Positions 1 through 11,281 of a stretch of DNA of 64,000 nucleotides are shown here, in pieces. This DNA comes from Lophium mytilinum (taxonomy: Eukaryota): positions 394,606 through 458,605 of the forward strand of contig MU004196.1 of assembly GCA_010093605.1 (NCBI GenBank). The letters are read 5' to 3'. Within the stretch, counting starts at the first letter, position 1. Each line of letters opens with the position of its first letter. The notes beneath the pieces were generated by a model, which saw only the letters and a program-made list of their open reading frames with translations, did not search any database and was not told the DNA's origin. The translations under genes were made by a program, and so were the position numbers.

Positions 1-656
1 CTTGCCCGCATTCGGCCACTCTTTCACGTCTTTCGCCTCTCCCTCTTCAAGACGCGCCGGACGCACCATCACGTATGTTACGCCGCTGGCTCGGACCTCC
101 TGGTCGACAAGATTATGGTCGTCGTACTGGTAGATCATGTTGCTCTTCTTCATGAGCAGGCGCATGATGCAGTTCATGTTGGGCCAGGAGTCGCCTACGC
201 CTTGCGCCTGCATGATGACTACCTTCGCCACACCGAATTCCTTCATGGCGGCCACGACGTTGGCGTTCGAGTCGGCCATGAGGCGCGGTGGGGAGATGTT
301 GGCGGCGAAGGGGCTGTCGGCTGCGCGGGGCGCGGAGAGGGTTACGAGGACGACGGAGGGGTTTGAAGCTTCGAAGGCGGCGCGGACGTCTTCTTTCTTC
401 ATGGGAGTGCCTGTGGTATTGTTAGTGAGGGTTGGGTGTTTGTTGTGTGCGAGGAATGCGTACCAGCTACGACCTTGAGGCCGGGCTTCGCTTCCACCGA
501 GGAGGGAGTCCTGGCTAGAGTAGTGACTTGATGGCCTTTTCTACGTTAGTGAGGGCTTTCTGAGTGTACATGGGCGATACTCATACCTCGCTGGAGAAGT
601 TCGTCGATAACGAGCTTGCCAGTGCGGCCGCTGCCTCCAATGACGAGAACCTTCAT
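1..656 (-). CDS. NAD(P)-binding Rossmann oxidoreductase, AflX/OrdB/AvfA-like; spliced, 3' end outside the window
   Basis: Not in the ORF track. ATG at 656 gives MKVLVIGGSGRTGKLVIDELLQR (GxxGxxG). After GT-AG introns at ~536-586 and ~411-463 it continues GHQVTTLARTP...SPPRLMADSNANVVAAMKEFG...MQAQGVGDSWPNM...YQYDDHNLVD...VRPARL. Confidence 0.85.
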
Positions 657-803
657 GGCGATTGCTTAGAATGGTGAGGCAGATCTTAGAATTGTGGAGG
701 TAAGGCTTGTAAGTGCTGGAGGTAGAAGCTGTGAGTTTGTTGTTTGCTGTGTCTCAGAGAAAGCCAGCGGCGTGGTGTATTTATCGAGTGGTAGGAGCAG
801 TCT

Positions 804-834
804 TCGGATCCGGGGCCGGATTTACCGGATCCGG
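804..834. promoter_or_regulatory. Three CGG-N2-CCG palindromes, putative Zn2Cys6 sites in the divergent reductase/FMO promoter
   Basis: TCGGATCCGG at 804-813, overlapping CCGGGGCCGG at 810-819, and CCGGATCCGG at 825-834. Confidence 0.65.
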
Positions 835-1044
835 ACAACATTCACGTGCTTGGACAGAGCTCCTTGACTGCAGTACATATTTCTCGCCCTCCCAACGTCC
901 TGAAATACTCATCCTCTCCATCAACCTCTCTATCAACCTCTCTAACTCACTCACGGTTCTACCCAACCTCTCAAATTCGATCAACTCCACCTCAAGCTCA
1001 ATCAACCCCACCTCAATCTCTGCCTGATACGTACGTCAAACATT

Positions 1045-2340
1045 ATGCTGTCTGCTCCTCCAAGCCGTGTGGCCATCATCGGCGCTGGCCTGTCGGGCCT
1101 CACTCTTGCGATTGCTCTTCATCGTCAGGGCATTGCCTGCCACCTCTATGAGCTCCGCGACCCTACGACCTCAACCTCAGGTGCCCTGATGCTCTCTCCC
1201 AACGCTTTGCGCATTCTCGACACCCTTGGCCTCTACAAGCAACTCAGTTCTCAAGGTTACAACTTCGAGACCATTGCGTTCAAGAATAGCGAGGAGGTCA
1301 CCACAGACCGATACTATCTCGGAAATGAGAAACTCTACCAGTATAAGGCACTCCGCGTGTACCGCCAAGTCCTGTTGACTGAGCTCCGGGCCATGGTCGA
1401 CCAACTTCACATTCCAGTCACTTACGGCTTGAAATTCAGCCACATCATCTCCGAGGACGATAACGGCGTCTCGTTCGCTTTCGTCGATGGATCTCGCGCT
1501 TCCGCCGACATCCTCGTTGGGGCCGATGGTATCCATTCCACAGTTAGAAAGTACGTGGCTCCAGGCGTAGAACCAAAGTACAGCGGCCAGGTGGCTATCA
1601 CTTGTGCTATTCAGAAGTCAAAGATCATCCCTGAGGGAGTCGACTACGACATGCCCGTCGCTATCCACGGCAAGCACGGCGCCTTCGTCATGGCCCCTCA
1701 GGATATCGATGGGTCCGAAGTGCTCGCTGGTACGCAGCGTGCCTGGCCCGAACAGGACAGGGCTGGCTGGGATGCTCTTCTAGCCGACAAAGAGAAATTG
1801 CTAGCTCTCTTCCGTACGAATATCGAAGACTGGCCTGCGACCGCGCAGACGGCCCTCAACAACGTTCCAGAGAACACATTGTCAATCTGGCCTTACTACG
1901 TTGTGCCTAAGCTCGAGCGTTGGTATTCCCCAGGAAAGCGGGTCATAATTCTCGGGGACGCGGCGCATGCCATCCCTCCGACAGCTGGACAAGGCGCCTC
2001 GCAGGGGTTCGAGGACAGCTTCACGCTTGCCGCAATTCTGCCCCAGCTCGGTGCGAACCTGCCGCTCGACACGGCACTCGTATACTGGAAGGACATGCGT
2101 CAGGAGCGTGTCGACAAGGTCATTGCACTCACGCTCCAGCTCAACAATTCGAGGTTGCCGCAGGCTGAGCGCGAGAAGCTGGAGAAAGACGGCAAAGCTT
2201 GGCAGAGCGGCGATGCCGGCGAGCTTGGATGGTTGTACAATGCATTGGTCGAGGAAGATGTTTTAGCTTGGGTCAAGACTAAGACAAAGGTTGCACGCAC
2301 CTGTCCTGTTGACTGGATCACTTCCAAGCTCGTAGGATGA
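1045..2340 (+). CDS. FAD-dependent monooxygenase (group A, salicylate hydroxylase-like)
   Basis: 431-aa ORF with IIGAGLSGL (GxGxxG), LVGADGIHS (DG motif) and ILGDAAHAIPPTAGQGASQ (GD motif). Confidence 0.92.
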   Translation: MLSAPPSRVAIIGAGLSGLTLAIALHRQGIACHLYELRDPTTSTSGALMLSPNALRILDTLGLYKQLSSQGYNFETIAFKNSEEVTTDRYYLGNEKLYQYKALRVYRQVLLTELRAMVDQLHIPVTYGLKFSHIISEDDNGVSFAFVDGSRASADILVGADGIHSTVRKYVAPGVEPKYSGQVAITCAIQKSKIIPEGVDYDMPVAIHGKHGAFVMAPQDIDGSEVLAGTQRAWPEQDRAGWDALLADKEKLLALFRTNIEDWPATAQTALNNVPENTLSIWPYYVVPKLERWYSPGKRVIILGDAAHAIPPTAGQGASQGFEDSFTLAAILPQLGANLPLDTALVYWKDMRQERVDKVIALTLQLNNSRLPQAEREKLEKDGKAWQSGDAGELGWLYNALVEEDVLAWVKTKTKVARTCPVDWITSKLVG

Positions 2341-3004
2341 TTTGGGCAGGCAGCGTGAAGGTTGATCTGGACTTTTCACAGCATTAGGATTCATGAAATG
2401 TTCTACCTAGGTAGAGTTGGCTGCAGAGTCTGGGGTATGCCAAGTAGATACAATTCACACTAGTTTCTTACCTCATCGTTATACTCGGGCCGCGATGTAC
2501 ATGTATATACGTCCTATGAGCAACCCTTACCTTAGCAGTCTACAAATGCGCAAGGTGCACCCACACTTTCTATACTTGTTTAGCACCGTCAGAGGTCCTC
2601 CAGTTGCTATTCATACTGATAAAATGCAAGCTTTGGCAAGCTAAACAGCTCTCCAGGCCACCTCAGACGATGTTAAACTGTTGAAGCGTGCTACTTCCTT
2701 CCTGCCTAGCGTGAACCCAGAAGACACCATTGCAGATGGTCGTCCATCCGTGAGATGCGTGCCCAGATGCCGGCCTTTTGAATCCATCCATTAGGTGAAT
2801 AAATCCACGGGAGGACGGCACCACGTTACACACGTCTCCCCTAAAGTATGTGGTTGCCTAGCGTGCCCAATTAGGGGCTAGTCTCGGACGGACGCCCTAT
2901 AATTAGTAGTAGTTCCATCCATCAACCTCCATCACCCTTCCCTCTCACCCCAACGCTACCACTATAGAGACCAAGGAGACACCGGCAATTCACGGTCAGG
3001 CGCC

Positions 3005-5753
3005 ATGGACGACCCGACTTCCCGCAAGCGACCAAGGCCGGTAGTCTCCTGCCTTCGTTGTCGGGAGAAGAAGCTCAAATGCGATCGGATTGCGCCCTGC
3101 GATAATTGCGTCAAAGCTCAGTGCTCAAACGATTGCACGTTCAAGCAGTTCCCGCCAGTCAAGCCAAAGCCTGATGCGGTGCAGGCAAATCCTCAACGGC
3201 CCGCAAGTTCGCTGCCTGCTGGGGGGTCTGTCTCCGTTGACGATCTTCATCAGCGGGTGGCCAAGTTGGAGGCACTCATCTCGTTGAGGCCTGCTTCTAT
3301 GCAGAGCACAACTGAAAGGTAGCTTGAGATTTTATTTCAAACCCCTTAGCGCAACCCTCATCTGAATGTGTCACGTTAGTAGCCCAGCAGCCACGAATAT
3401 TACTAGTCAACCAAGTGCGGCATCTCCCAGGCTCGACCTCGGGACTCTCGTTGTGAAAGGCTCTAGATCGAGATATCATGGACAAAATGATAGAGTGACG
3501 TTGCTCAATCAGGTATATCTTCGATGCGCTCAAGGACTTAAGTTCGCGAGCTGACATTCATAGTTCGCGGAGGTCAAGGACTTCATCAACGGAATATCCA
3601 AGGACCAACACGTAACAGCACTTGTCAAGCAAGTTCAATTTCTCCAAAGAAAGGCCCAACCCAAGATCACATCGCCAAATGCAGAGTCAGATCCGGAGTT
3701 CTCGCTTGCGCTCTTGAAATTACGAGAGTTTTTGCCTCCAAAGTCAACCTGCGACAGACTAGTAGATATCTACTGTAGCTATTTCGAGCGTACTATGCGC
3801 ATTCTCCACATTCCGACTTTCTTGCGCCAGTACCATCAAATTTGGTCGAATACCGACCCAGAGCTTTGCAGATCCAGCTACACGCTACCCCAAGTAACTG
3901 CCGTATTAGCTATGGGGTATGCAATGGATGATCAGACCCCTCCCAATGAAGATAGCTCTCACGGATCTTACCTCAAGCATGCGGCGGTAGATCTCACGCA
4001 AGCCTGGATTGACGACCTCGGTCGAAAACATCGAACTGAACTGCCAACGATTCAAGTAGAAGTCCTCCTCCTCCTGGCTAGAAGTCTGCGACAACTGCCG
4101 CCGGAGAAGCTTTGGAGTTCCACTGGCGCGCTTGTGCGATCGGCAATGGTTATTGGTTTACATATGGATCCTTCAAAGGTCCGCGATATCTCTCCGTTTT
4201 ACGCCGAGATGAGACGCAGGCTATGGGCAACGGTCGTGGAAATGGATCTGCAAGCATCGATCAATGCCGGGATGCCCATAGTTGCTCCTGATGTTGATTT
4301 TACGTCCTTGGTTCCCTTGAACATAGATGATTCGGACTTCGACTCAACCTCCACGGAACTACCGATTGGAAAGCCTCTAAGCGTTATGACCGATACGTTG
4401 GCTCAAGTCTATCTTGCCTCTTGTTTGCCACAACGCATAAAGCTCATGACTCTTGTACAGAGCACCTCAAAACAGTTAGCCCTTGCGGAAGTGGCCGCGC
4501 ACGGACGGAAAATCGAAGACTCGCTATCACGTAAACCACCTTCTTTGGACATTAGGAACGGTGGTAAACAGGCCGGCGATGTTGGCTCCTTACTACACCA
4601 AATTCTTCTGGATTTGTATCTGCGTCGGCCTTTACTTTGCCTCTACCGCCCGATATTACTAGCAGGTCGGCAGGATCTTCCTGGCTTCTCCGAAATCCAG
4701 GCCTCTTGTCTCGAATCTTCTCTAGCAATTCTCTCGTATCAAGATTACTATACATTGCAGCCTCTCGGAAGTCACGACGCAGTGGCTTTGCCTCAACAAA
4801 ATTTCTTCTACTTGTGCTGTAAGAACGACATCGCATGGGCGGCGTTGAGTGTAAGCAATCTGTTTGTTTGAAAGCCTACTTAAGGAGTATTCAGAGACAC
4901 CACTGTTGGGGGTAGCCTGACTGCTGAGCAGGGAATGAGTCAAGAGGTAGTCTATTCTGCAAAGCTTGAAATTTAACATCGCCCTCGAGTCTTCGAAACC
5001 CTGTGGGGGGACCCCAAGCAGTGGCGTACCAGTGGTTGTCTCATAATTTCCTGAAGAAGAATTCTGGTTATGAAAGATTTGCTAACTTTACTGCCACCTT
5101 TAGGTATGCCAACACCTGAAGGTATTGAACCAGGCGCCTCCAACACACCAACCCTTGAGAGTCCCACCTACGAATCAAGCAAATATCCGAAGCGAGTCTG
5201 CGCTTGTCAATACAGTGGAGGACACTATCCAATGCTTAATTAGTAGAGTTGGTCAACGAGGGAGCGATCTGAAAGACATCGTGTTTCTCTCTATCGCTCT
5301 GCAGTCGGTGCGATCAAATGCTTTCTCGGGAGACAAGAAAAAGATCATGTACGAAGGAGCAAAAAAGGCATTGTCCGATTGTCGAGAAAAGTTGGTTCAC
5401 TCCGTCGTCCTAGGCGACCAAAGGCTTTCAAGTGCATCAGCAAAGCGTTCGAAGACAACGCCCCAAACGGTACTTTCCTTCCGATGCGCATCATGACTAA
5501 ATAATGACGTTGACCGCGTGAACTTTAGGGCATAAGTACTATTACTCCACCCAACACCGTCGCTTCTGCATCGCCTGTAAGAGATGCCCAGTATCCCGCG
5601 GAGGTGCCTCAGGAGCCGGATCCTTTTCTTACGGGTCTTGCGACGGATATGGCTGCGGAGTTCGATAACTTCCAAGGTGTCATGTTCGGATTCGGCGATG
5701 ACAATAATTACAATCTCGACAACACGTGGAATTGGGACCATATGTGGCAATGA
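3005..5753 (+). CDS. Zn(II)2Cys6 transcription factor with fungal TF middle-homology region; likely cluster regulator; 5 exons
   Basis: CLRCREKKLKCDRIAPCDNCVKAQCSNDC binuclear cluster; MHR motifs GLHMDPS and EMRRRLWATVVEMD. Modelled introns ~3319-3379, ~3512-3563, 4851-5103, 5470-5528. Acidic/aromatic C-terminus ...DNTWNWDHMWQ, TGA at 5751-5753. Confidence 0.9.
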
Positions 5754-5922
5754 TCTATGCAATCTGAATGCGGGTTAAAACCTATCAACGCTGAGAAACA
5801 AAAAGCACTAGCCCCGGAGGTCTTGTCACTCAGTGGACACGAATGAGGAGACTATAGCCTACTACCCCTGCCTTCCTGTACAAGTTTCTCTCATGCCAGC
5901 AAATCATACGACCGAGGAAAAC

Positions 5923-7555
5923 TCATCTTCGCTCACAGCTGAGCTGCATATTTGGATGGTTGATCCAAACTTGCTTGTTGCGCTCCCAGTCTTCCATGGC
6001 CTCCGACTTTATCATTTTAAGATCATATGAATCAACAAGGTGCAGCAATACGTTACGAATCAGGATATCCGCCACGTACTGTCCCAAGCATTTTCTCGGA
6101 CCAAAGCCAAATCTCCAGTAGTGATAGCGCGCTTGCGTTCTTTCATCAGACATGAAGCGTTCCGGACGGAATTTATCTCGGTCTTCGCCCCAGAACGAGT
6201 TTCGGATGTTGAGAGCATAGGAGTCGATGACGAAGTTGGTGCCGGCTGGGAAATTATAGCCTCCAATGTCGCGGCTCGTGGGTATGGCTTGCGGGACTGA
6301 GAAAGCGGCAAGTGGACGAAGGCGCGCGGATTCGTTTACGCACGCGGCCAAGAGGGATGAAGTATCGAGCAAGTACGCCTTTTCGAACTCGACGCCCATC
6401 TCATCTGCCGTTTCTCTCCTCTCTTTGATTTCTTGACGAAGCCTCGCTTGGAAGTCCGGATAAGCTGCTAGAAACACGACATTCCAGCTCACACCTCCAA
6501 TAGTAACGTCTAGGTTTGCGTAGAGCATTTCGTCGAGTGTATTGAGTAATTCCAGCGTGCTGATCTCGCCCCGGTCCCGAGCTGCGAAGAAGTCAATGAT
6601 TGGGGACTGGAGTTTTTGCTCAATGGCACGGCCATGTGCAAGCTCGTTGAATGCCAGCCAGCGGGTCTGGAATGCTGCAAGCTCGCAATTGGCCTCGGTA
6701 GGCAAGTGCTTGGCCCATTGGAAGCGAGCAAGGCCGCCTTGGACAACATGTCTCATTAGAGCTTCCCGCTGCGGCGCAAGGGATCGAAGCTCTTGCTCGA
6801 TATCATACGCCAATTGCCCGTATACGACTTCCGCGACAACGAGAAAAGGAAGGAGTTTCAAGTCCTCGGCCGGGTCCAAGAGGCCGCGTGATAGATCTCT
6901 TGTCTCCCAGAGTTCTTGAAAGAACGAATCGGTTCTCTTTTTTACAACCGGGGTATAGGTGGCTGCCATGCTCCTGTGAAACGGCTTCCCCATTACTGCA
7001 CGAACGCGCTTCCACTGGCCTTGGCTCACGAGGCCTACACATTGTCCCAGCAGCTGGCCTAGCATGTATCCGGAATTGTTATTGACGGCTTTCAAATGCT
7101 TGTCCGAGTCTTTGAAGACTGCGCGAACATGCTCCGGTTTTGTCAAGACTCTGCTGCCGGATTAGTCGATACGACGATTGAGATGCTCGAGCGACACACA
7201 TTTCAGGTGTCATTCCGGACCAAAGACGATAGATGGCTCCATATCGGCTTTCCCAAATCTCGCTATTCTTTTGCCCATTCAAGAACTTTGCCGCGTCGCC
7301 TAACATCAGGTCAGAAAGCAAAATAAAGCACAAGCACGGAGAAGACATACCTTGGCCGTTCGGCCACTCGTAGCTGCATGATGGGAGCTTGCTGCCGTCT
7401 TCGACATTCTTGAAAGCGTAACGCCGAGATAGGTATGCGTCGAGTACATTCGATATAAGTTTGTTTATGGATGCCCCAATGGTTTTCTTCCCAATAAATA
7501 CGGCCACCAACACAATGATCAGACCAACAATCGCGAAAGGCGTTAAAAACTGCAT
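5923..7555 (-). CDS. Cytochrome P450, GliC-like (diketopiperazine hydroxylase type); 3 exons
   Basis: N-terminal membrane anchor; introns 7300-7350 and 7151-7199. Heme motif FGFGPRKCLG, ESAR, PERF, atypical I-helix ANLDVT. The segments WPNGQGD and DSDKHLKAVNNNSGY..GQLLGQCVGL resemble GliC-family P450s. Confidence 0.88.
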
Positions 7556-7697
7556 GGCTGAAATAACGTGGAAGTCTTGACAGTCTGATCGTCACGGAAA
7601 ACTTGTGTTTGATTTTTCTTAAACCTTTTTCTCCCTAGCATTTTGTATAGTGGCCGCCACTCCATGAGACACCCGCGCCCGAACTGGCTAGTGGATT

Positions 7698-7844
7698 TCG
7701 GATCCGGCCCGGAGCGACCGGACTTGCGATGTGCCTCCGCCACTATTGTGCGACCTGCAGGCTTGGAGTCAGATCTGCTAAGCTCTCACTCAGCTTTGGC
7801 GCTCGCGGTACAAGGGGTGGGCCGTCACACTTTTCGGTGTCCGA
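7698..7844. promoter_or_regulatory. Putative Zn2Cys6 sites upstream of the GliC-like P450
   Basis: TCGGATCCGG at 7698-7707 followed by further CCGGA half-sites; TCGG-TGT-CCGA at 7834-7844 fits the TCGG-N3-CCGA consensus proposed for GliZ. Confidence 0.6.
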
Positions 7845-8314
7845 GGCCTTGTCGCAAGGATCTATGCATCTTTCAGAGACCAGTAGGCACCCGCAGAATC
7901 TTGAGCACGCAATCTGAGGAGACGCAAGACCCCGCAGCTCATCTCGGTGCACCTTTACAGAACCACGTACATGTCACGTGTTCCTTGCACGAAGATCACA
8001 TGTTACTCCATGGACCACCACTTCTAGAAGAAAATGACGGGTTCGCAACCCTAGAACGCCTGGCCAGGTATCTTATCCAGTGTCAGGATCTGAAACCCAA
8101 GCACGACTTCAAAGGCAAGCTAAGTAGCGTCAAGGTCGCGAAGATCAAGCGGCACTAGACGACAGTAACGCTCCGCCATGAGGAAGAGATCAAGAAGATC
8201 AATGAACCCGGCCTTCCCGTCCCGGCCCAGTTCTTGCCGAAGGAGCCAAAGAAAGAAATTGAGCTGAAGGGAGCCCCGCCGATGCCTGACCCCCAAGTCT
8301 CGCAAGCGTCCCGC

Positions 8315-8499
8315 ATTTTCAGTGTTCCGAATATGAGAAAAGTGCGGCGTTTTGGACTACTAGTAAACTTGCGAGAGTCCTCCAGACAGTGTCAAAATGG
8401 TGCACGCAGATCAAAAGTATGTCCGCTATCCCCAGTCTCTGATAGTACGTCGAGGGTCCTCAAACAATATTAAAGAGATGTACGAATATTTATGGCAAG
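8315..8499 (+). repeat. Dispersed ~185-bp repeat, copy 1
   Basis: Aligns without gaps to the reverse complement of 28284-28468 at roughly 80% identity by eye; shared blocks include cctccagacagtgtcaa, atggtgcac, tagtacgtcg and cctcaaacaat. Confidence 0.85.
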
Positions 8500-8626
8500 A
8501 CACTATAGTCAACACAGTCACGGTCATATCTACTTCACAATCTATCGTATACATATATCATCTTACGTGGTTCTACAATTCTCATACAAAAACATTTTCA
8601 GCAACGCCAAAACCAACAAAACACTT

Positions 8627-10663
8627 TTACTCATCAAGACCATACTCGGTCTTCTGTTGCGTCCTCAGCTTAACTTCCTTCTCTAGAAATACAAGCAAGA
8701 AGCCAAGCCCAGCCATCGCCGTTGCAAAAATCCATACAATTTTCAAACTGTCTGAGTACATTGAAATGATTTGACCTCTGAGTGGGTTTGAAAAACCGGA
8801 AATGAACTCTTTAGTTCCGTGGTCGTATGCTGCACCTCCGGCGAGCGTTGCGCGTACTCCTGCGTCGTCTATGCGCGGTAAAAGGTGCTCGACCTGGCTA
8901 TTAAATATTGCCGCTGGGACAGATACTCCCCACACGACGCCGAATTGCCGGACGAAAGCCCAAGTCGCTGTTGCGGCAGCTGTGTCTTTGTCATCGAGTT
9001 GGGCTTGTGCGGCTGGAAGGAGGGTGCTGAGAGCGAAGCCGGAGCCCACAGCGACCACGAATTGGACCATTATCCAAGCAACTGTTGGACTTCGAGCACT
9101 CAGAGTAATGAAGGTGCCGAGTCCAACGGTCATTACTGAGAAGCCGGCGATATGGAACGGTTTGTATCGACCAAGCTTTGAAAGAAGCGCACCTGATATC
9201 GCGGAGAAGGGGACCAGAACGATCACAGTCGGGAGCATCTGGACTCCGGATCTAGTGGGCGTAGAGAGGAGGACAGCTTGGAAATACACCGGAAGGAAAT
9301 AGATGACTAAGAGGGTCAGAAGGGAATGGATGAAAGTAATGGCGAAGGCAGCGGCTGACGTGCGGTTTCTGAAAAGACGTAGCGGCATTGTAGGATGCAG
9401 GCAATAGCTGCTTTCTTCGTAAAATAAGAAGACGACAATACCGGAACACCCGAAGAGCAGCGTAACGATGGTGTTGTAACTTTTCCAAGGCCACAGAGTT
9501 CCAGCGTAGGCAAGGGCCACCAGAATGAATGAGACGCCAGTGACGAAGATCACGTTGCCTGCCAGGTCGATTTTGGCTAGCTTTTCGGTCCATGGTGTAT
9601 TTCCTGTAGGAGCTTTCACCTTGAGGAACAGAACTAGGAGGACCAACGAGACCGCCCCGACAGGTATATTCAGGAAGAAAACCCAGCGCCACGTCGTCGA
9701 TTGCACAATGACGCCACCCAGGAAAGGGCCTAAACCGGTGCCGACAGAGATGGCCGAAAAAATTACAGCCATAAACTTCCCACGGTCTCGTAGAGGCACG
9801 AGATCGCAGACAATGAGGTTGACCAACATGTTGATGCCTCCACCACCGATGCCCTGCACAACTCTTCCGAAAATCAAGATCTCCATCGTAGGAGCGCCTC
9901 CTGAGATGCCGCTCCCTATAATGAATGCGCATACCGCAAAAATGATAAGGATCCGCCGTCCGAAGATATCGGCCATCTGCCCGTACAGCGGCTGCAGTAC
10001 AGTGGACGCAAGAAAGTATCCAGATGATGCCCACACGTACGACGAGCCTCCTCCGAGGGCTCGCACGATAGTAGGCAAAGCGGTGGAAGTAACGGTGCCT
10101 TCAAGCGCAACGAGTACGTTCGTGATACTCAACGCGAAGAGAATCAGGTAGAAGTGCATTCCATACTTGGTCGGTTGCGACGAGGTTCCGTCGGTGTCTC
10201 TATCAACGGGCTCTATTTCTCCGTGAGCCTCCTCGCCCACTTCGACAAACGAAGCGCGGTTGATGGAACGCCTTGGGTCTGAGAGTTCGACGTATTCCAT
10301 ACGCTTAGCGCGCTCCTGAGGTTCGCCCCATCCGTTGAATTCAGCGGCTGCATAGAAGGTGTCGCTCGCGCGGCTCATGCGCTTGCTTAGCCGGCTGGTG
10401 GTGCTGGCATTCCTGTTAAGGCTGCGCCGGATCGGGCCTCTTGACGTGTTGTCGTAGATGGAGTCAGGACGGTCGATCGTGGTATTTCTCCATGGGTTTC
10501 GCGACAGAGCGTTGAGTGTTTCTGATCCATTATTTGTTGGAGCTTCGTCTGGCTGAGCAGAATCCTGCGTTTGGCGGAGTTGTCGCTGGTTCGGTCGAAC
10601 TTTGACCTCGATAATGAACTCCCGGCCATCATCGTCCTCAATGGTAGTGAGATTGGAAGCCAT
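8627..10663 (-). CDS. MFS drug:H+ antiporter (DHA2, 14-TMS), probable metabolite exporter
   Basis: 678-aa intronless ORF with TALPTI, YGQMADIFGRR (motif A), GRVVQGIGGGG and WRWVFFLNIP, and about 14 hydrophobic segments after a hydrophilic N-terminus. Confidence 0.92.
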   Translation of the reverse strand: MASNLTTIEDDDGREFIIEVKVRPNQRQLRQTQDSAQPDEAPTNNGSETLNALSRNPWRNTTIDRPDSIYDNTSRGPIRRSLNRNASTTSRLSKRMSRASDTFYAAAEFNGWGEPQERAKRMEYVELSDPRRSINRASFVEVGEEAHGEIEPVDRDTDGTSSQPTKYGMHFYLILFALSITNVLVALEGTVTSTALPTIVRALGGGSSYVWASSGYFLASTVLQPLYGQMADIFGRRILIIFAVCAFIIGSGISGGAPTMEILIFGRVVQGIGGGGINMLVNLIVCDLVPLRDRGKFMAVIFSAISVGTGLGPFLGGVIVQSTTWRWVFFLNIPVGAVSLVLLVLFLKVKAPTGNTPWTEKLAKIDLAGNVIFVTGVSFILVALAYAGTLWPWKSYNTIVTLLFGCSGIVVFLFYEESSYCLHPTMPLRLFRNRTSAAAFAITFIHSLLTLLVIYFLPVYFQAVLLSTPTRSGVQMLPTVIVLVPFSAISGALLSKLGRYKPFHIAGFSVMTVGLGTFITLSARSPTVAWIMVQFVVAVGSGFALSTLLPAAQAQLDDKDTAAATATWAFVRQFGVVWGVSVPAAIFNSQVEHLLPRIDDAGVRATLAGGAAYDHGTKEFISGFSNPLRGQIISMYSDSLKIVWIFATAMAGLGFLLVFLEKEVKLRTQQKTEYGLDE

Positions 10664-10828
10664 CGTGATTGCAAAAAGAGAAAGAATTTGGTATGAGTGG
10701 TTGATAGGCGATTGTTAGAGGCGAAGTGATGGTGGAGGTATACAACCCTCAAGGACCTAATCCAGCATTTCCACGTGCTTGGTCATACACGCCGATAACT
10801 CTATTGCCTCTCATCCATTCAGCCCCCG

Positions 10829-10838
10829 TCGGGTCCGA
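10829..10838. promoter_or_regulatory. CGG-N2-CCG site in the divergent MFS/secreted-protein promoter
   Basis: TCGGGTCCGA at 10829-10838. Confidence 0.5.
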
Positions 10839-11281
10839 GTACAGCACAGATGCTCGGGTTTCCCGTGTACTTTCAGCCCCCTTGTGCAACTTGTGTCACG
10901 GTATGTCAGCTTGGCACGCACGGATCCACGGAAGTCATCATGTTTCAAAACTGCAACTTGCTTTACTTCGGGGACATGAACATGGTGCTCGGAGCTGGAG
11001 CAAGAGAAATGCGGCTAGCTTTGTAACCTAAGGCTCGAGGCTGCATGGCATCAAAAATAGTTAAGAGCATGAACACGATGTTAGCAGAAGTATAAAGGCT
11101 GGAGGTGGTGCTTCACTAGAGCGCACCAAACCAAAATACCGGTATTCGAAGCTACCATCCAATCTTTCAAGCATTCAAACACCCAAACTCTCGCTCAAGC
11201 ATTAAAACCTTTGCTGAATCGTTCAACCATCGCTTAAACTTTCAAACTTGAAACAATTCGTATATCCTTTCTAATCTCAAA

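Noticed and set aside
910..1025. TCAACCTC-like repeats upstream of the FMO and TCAAAC-like repeats at 11160-11260
   Set aside because: Irregular C/A-rich leader sequence typical of fungal 5' UTRs; no repeat-spacer array.
2323..2340. SKL tripeptide two residues before the FMO stop codon (cryptic peroxisomal signal)
   Set aside because: I found no splice or readthrough route that makes SKL C-terminal.
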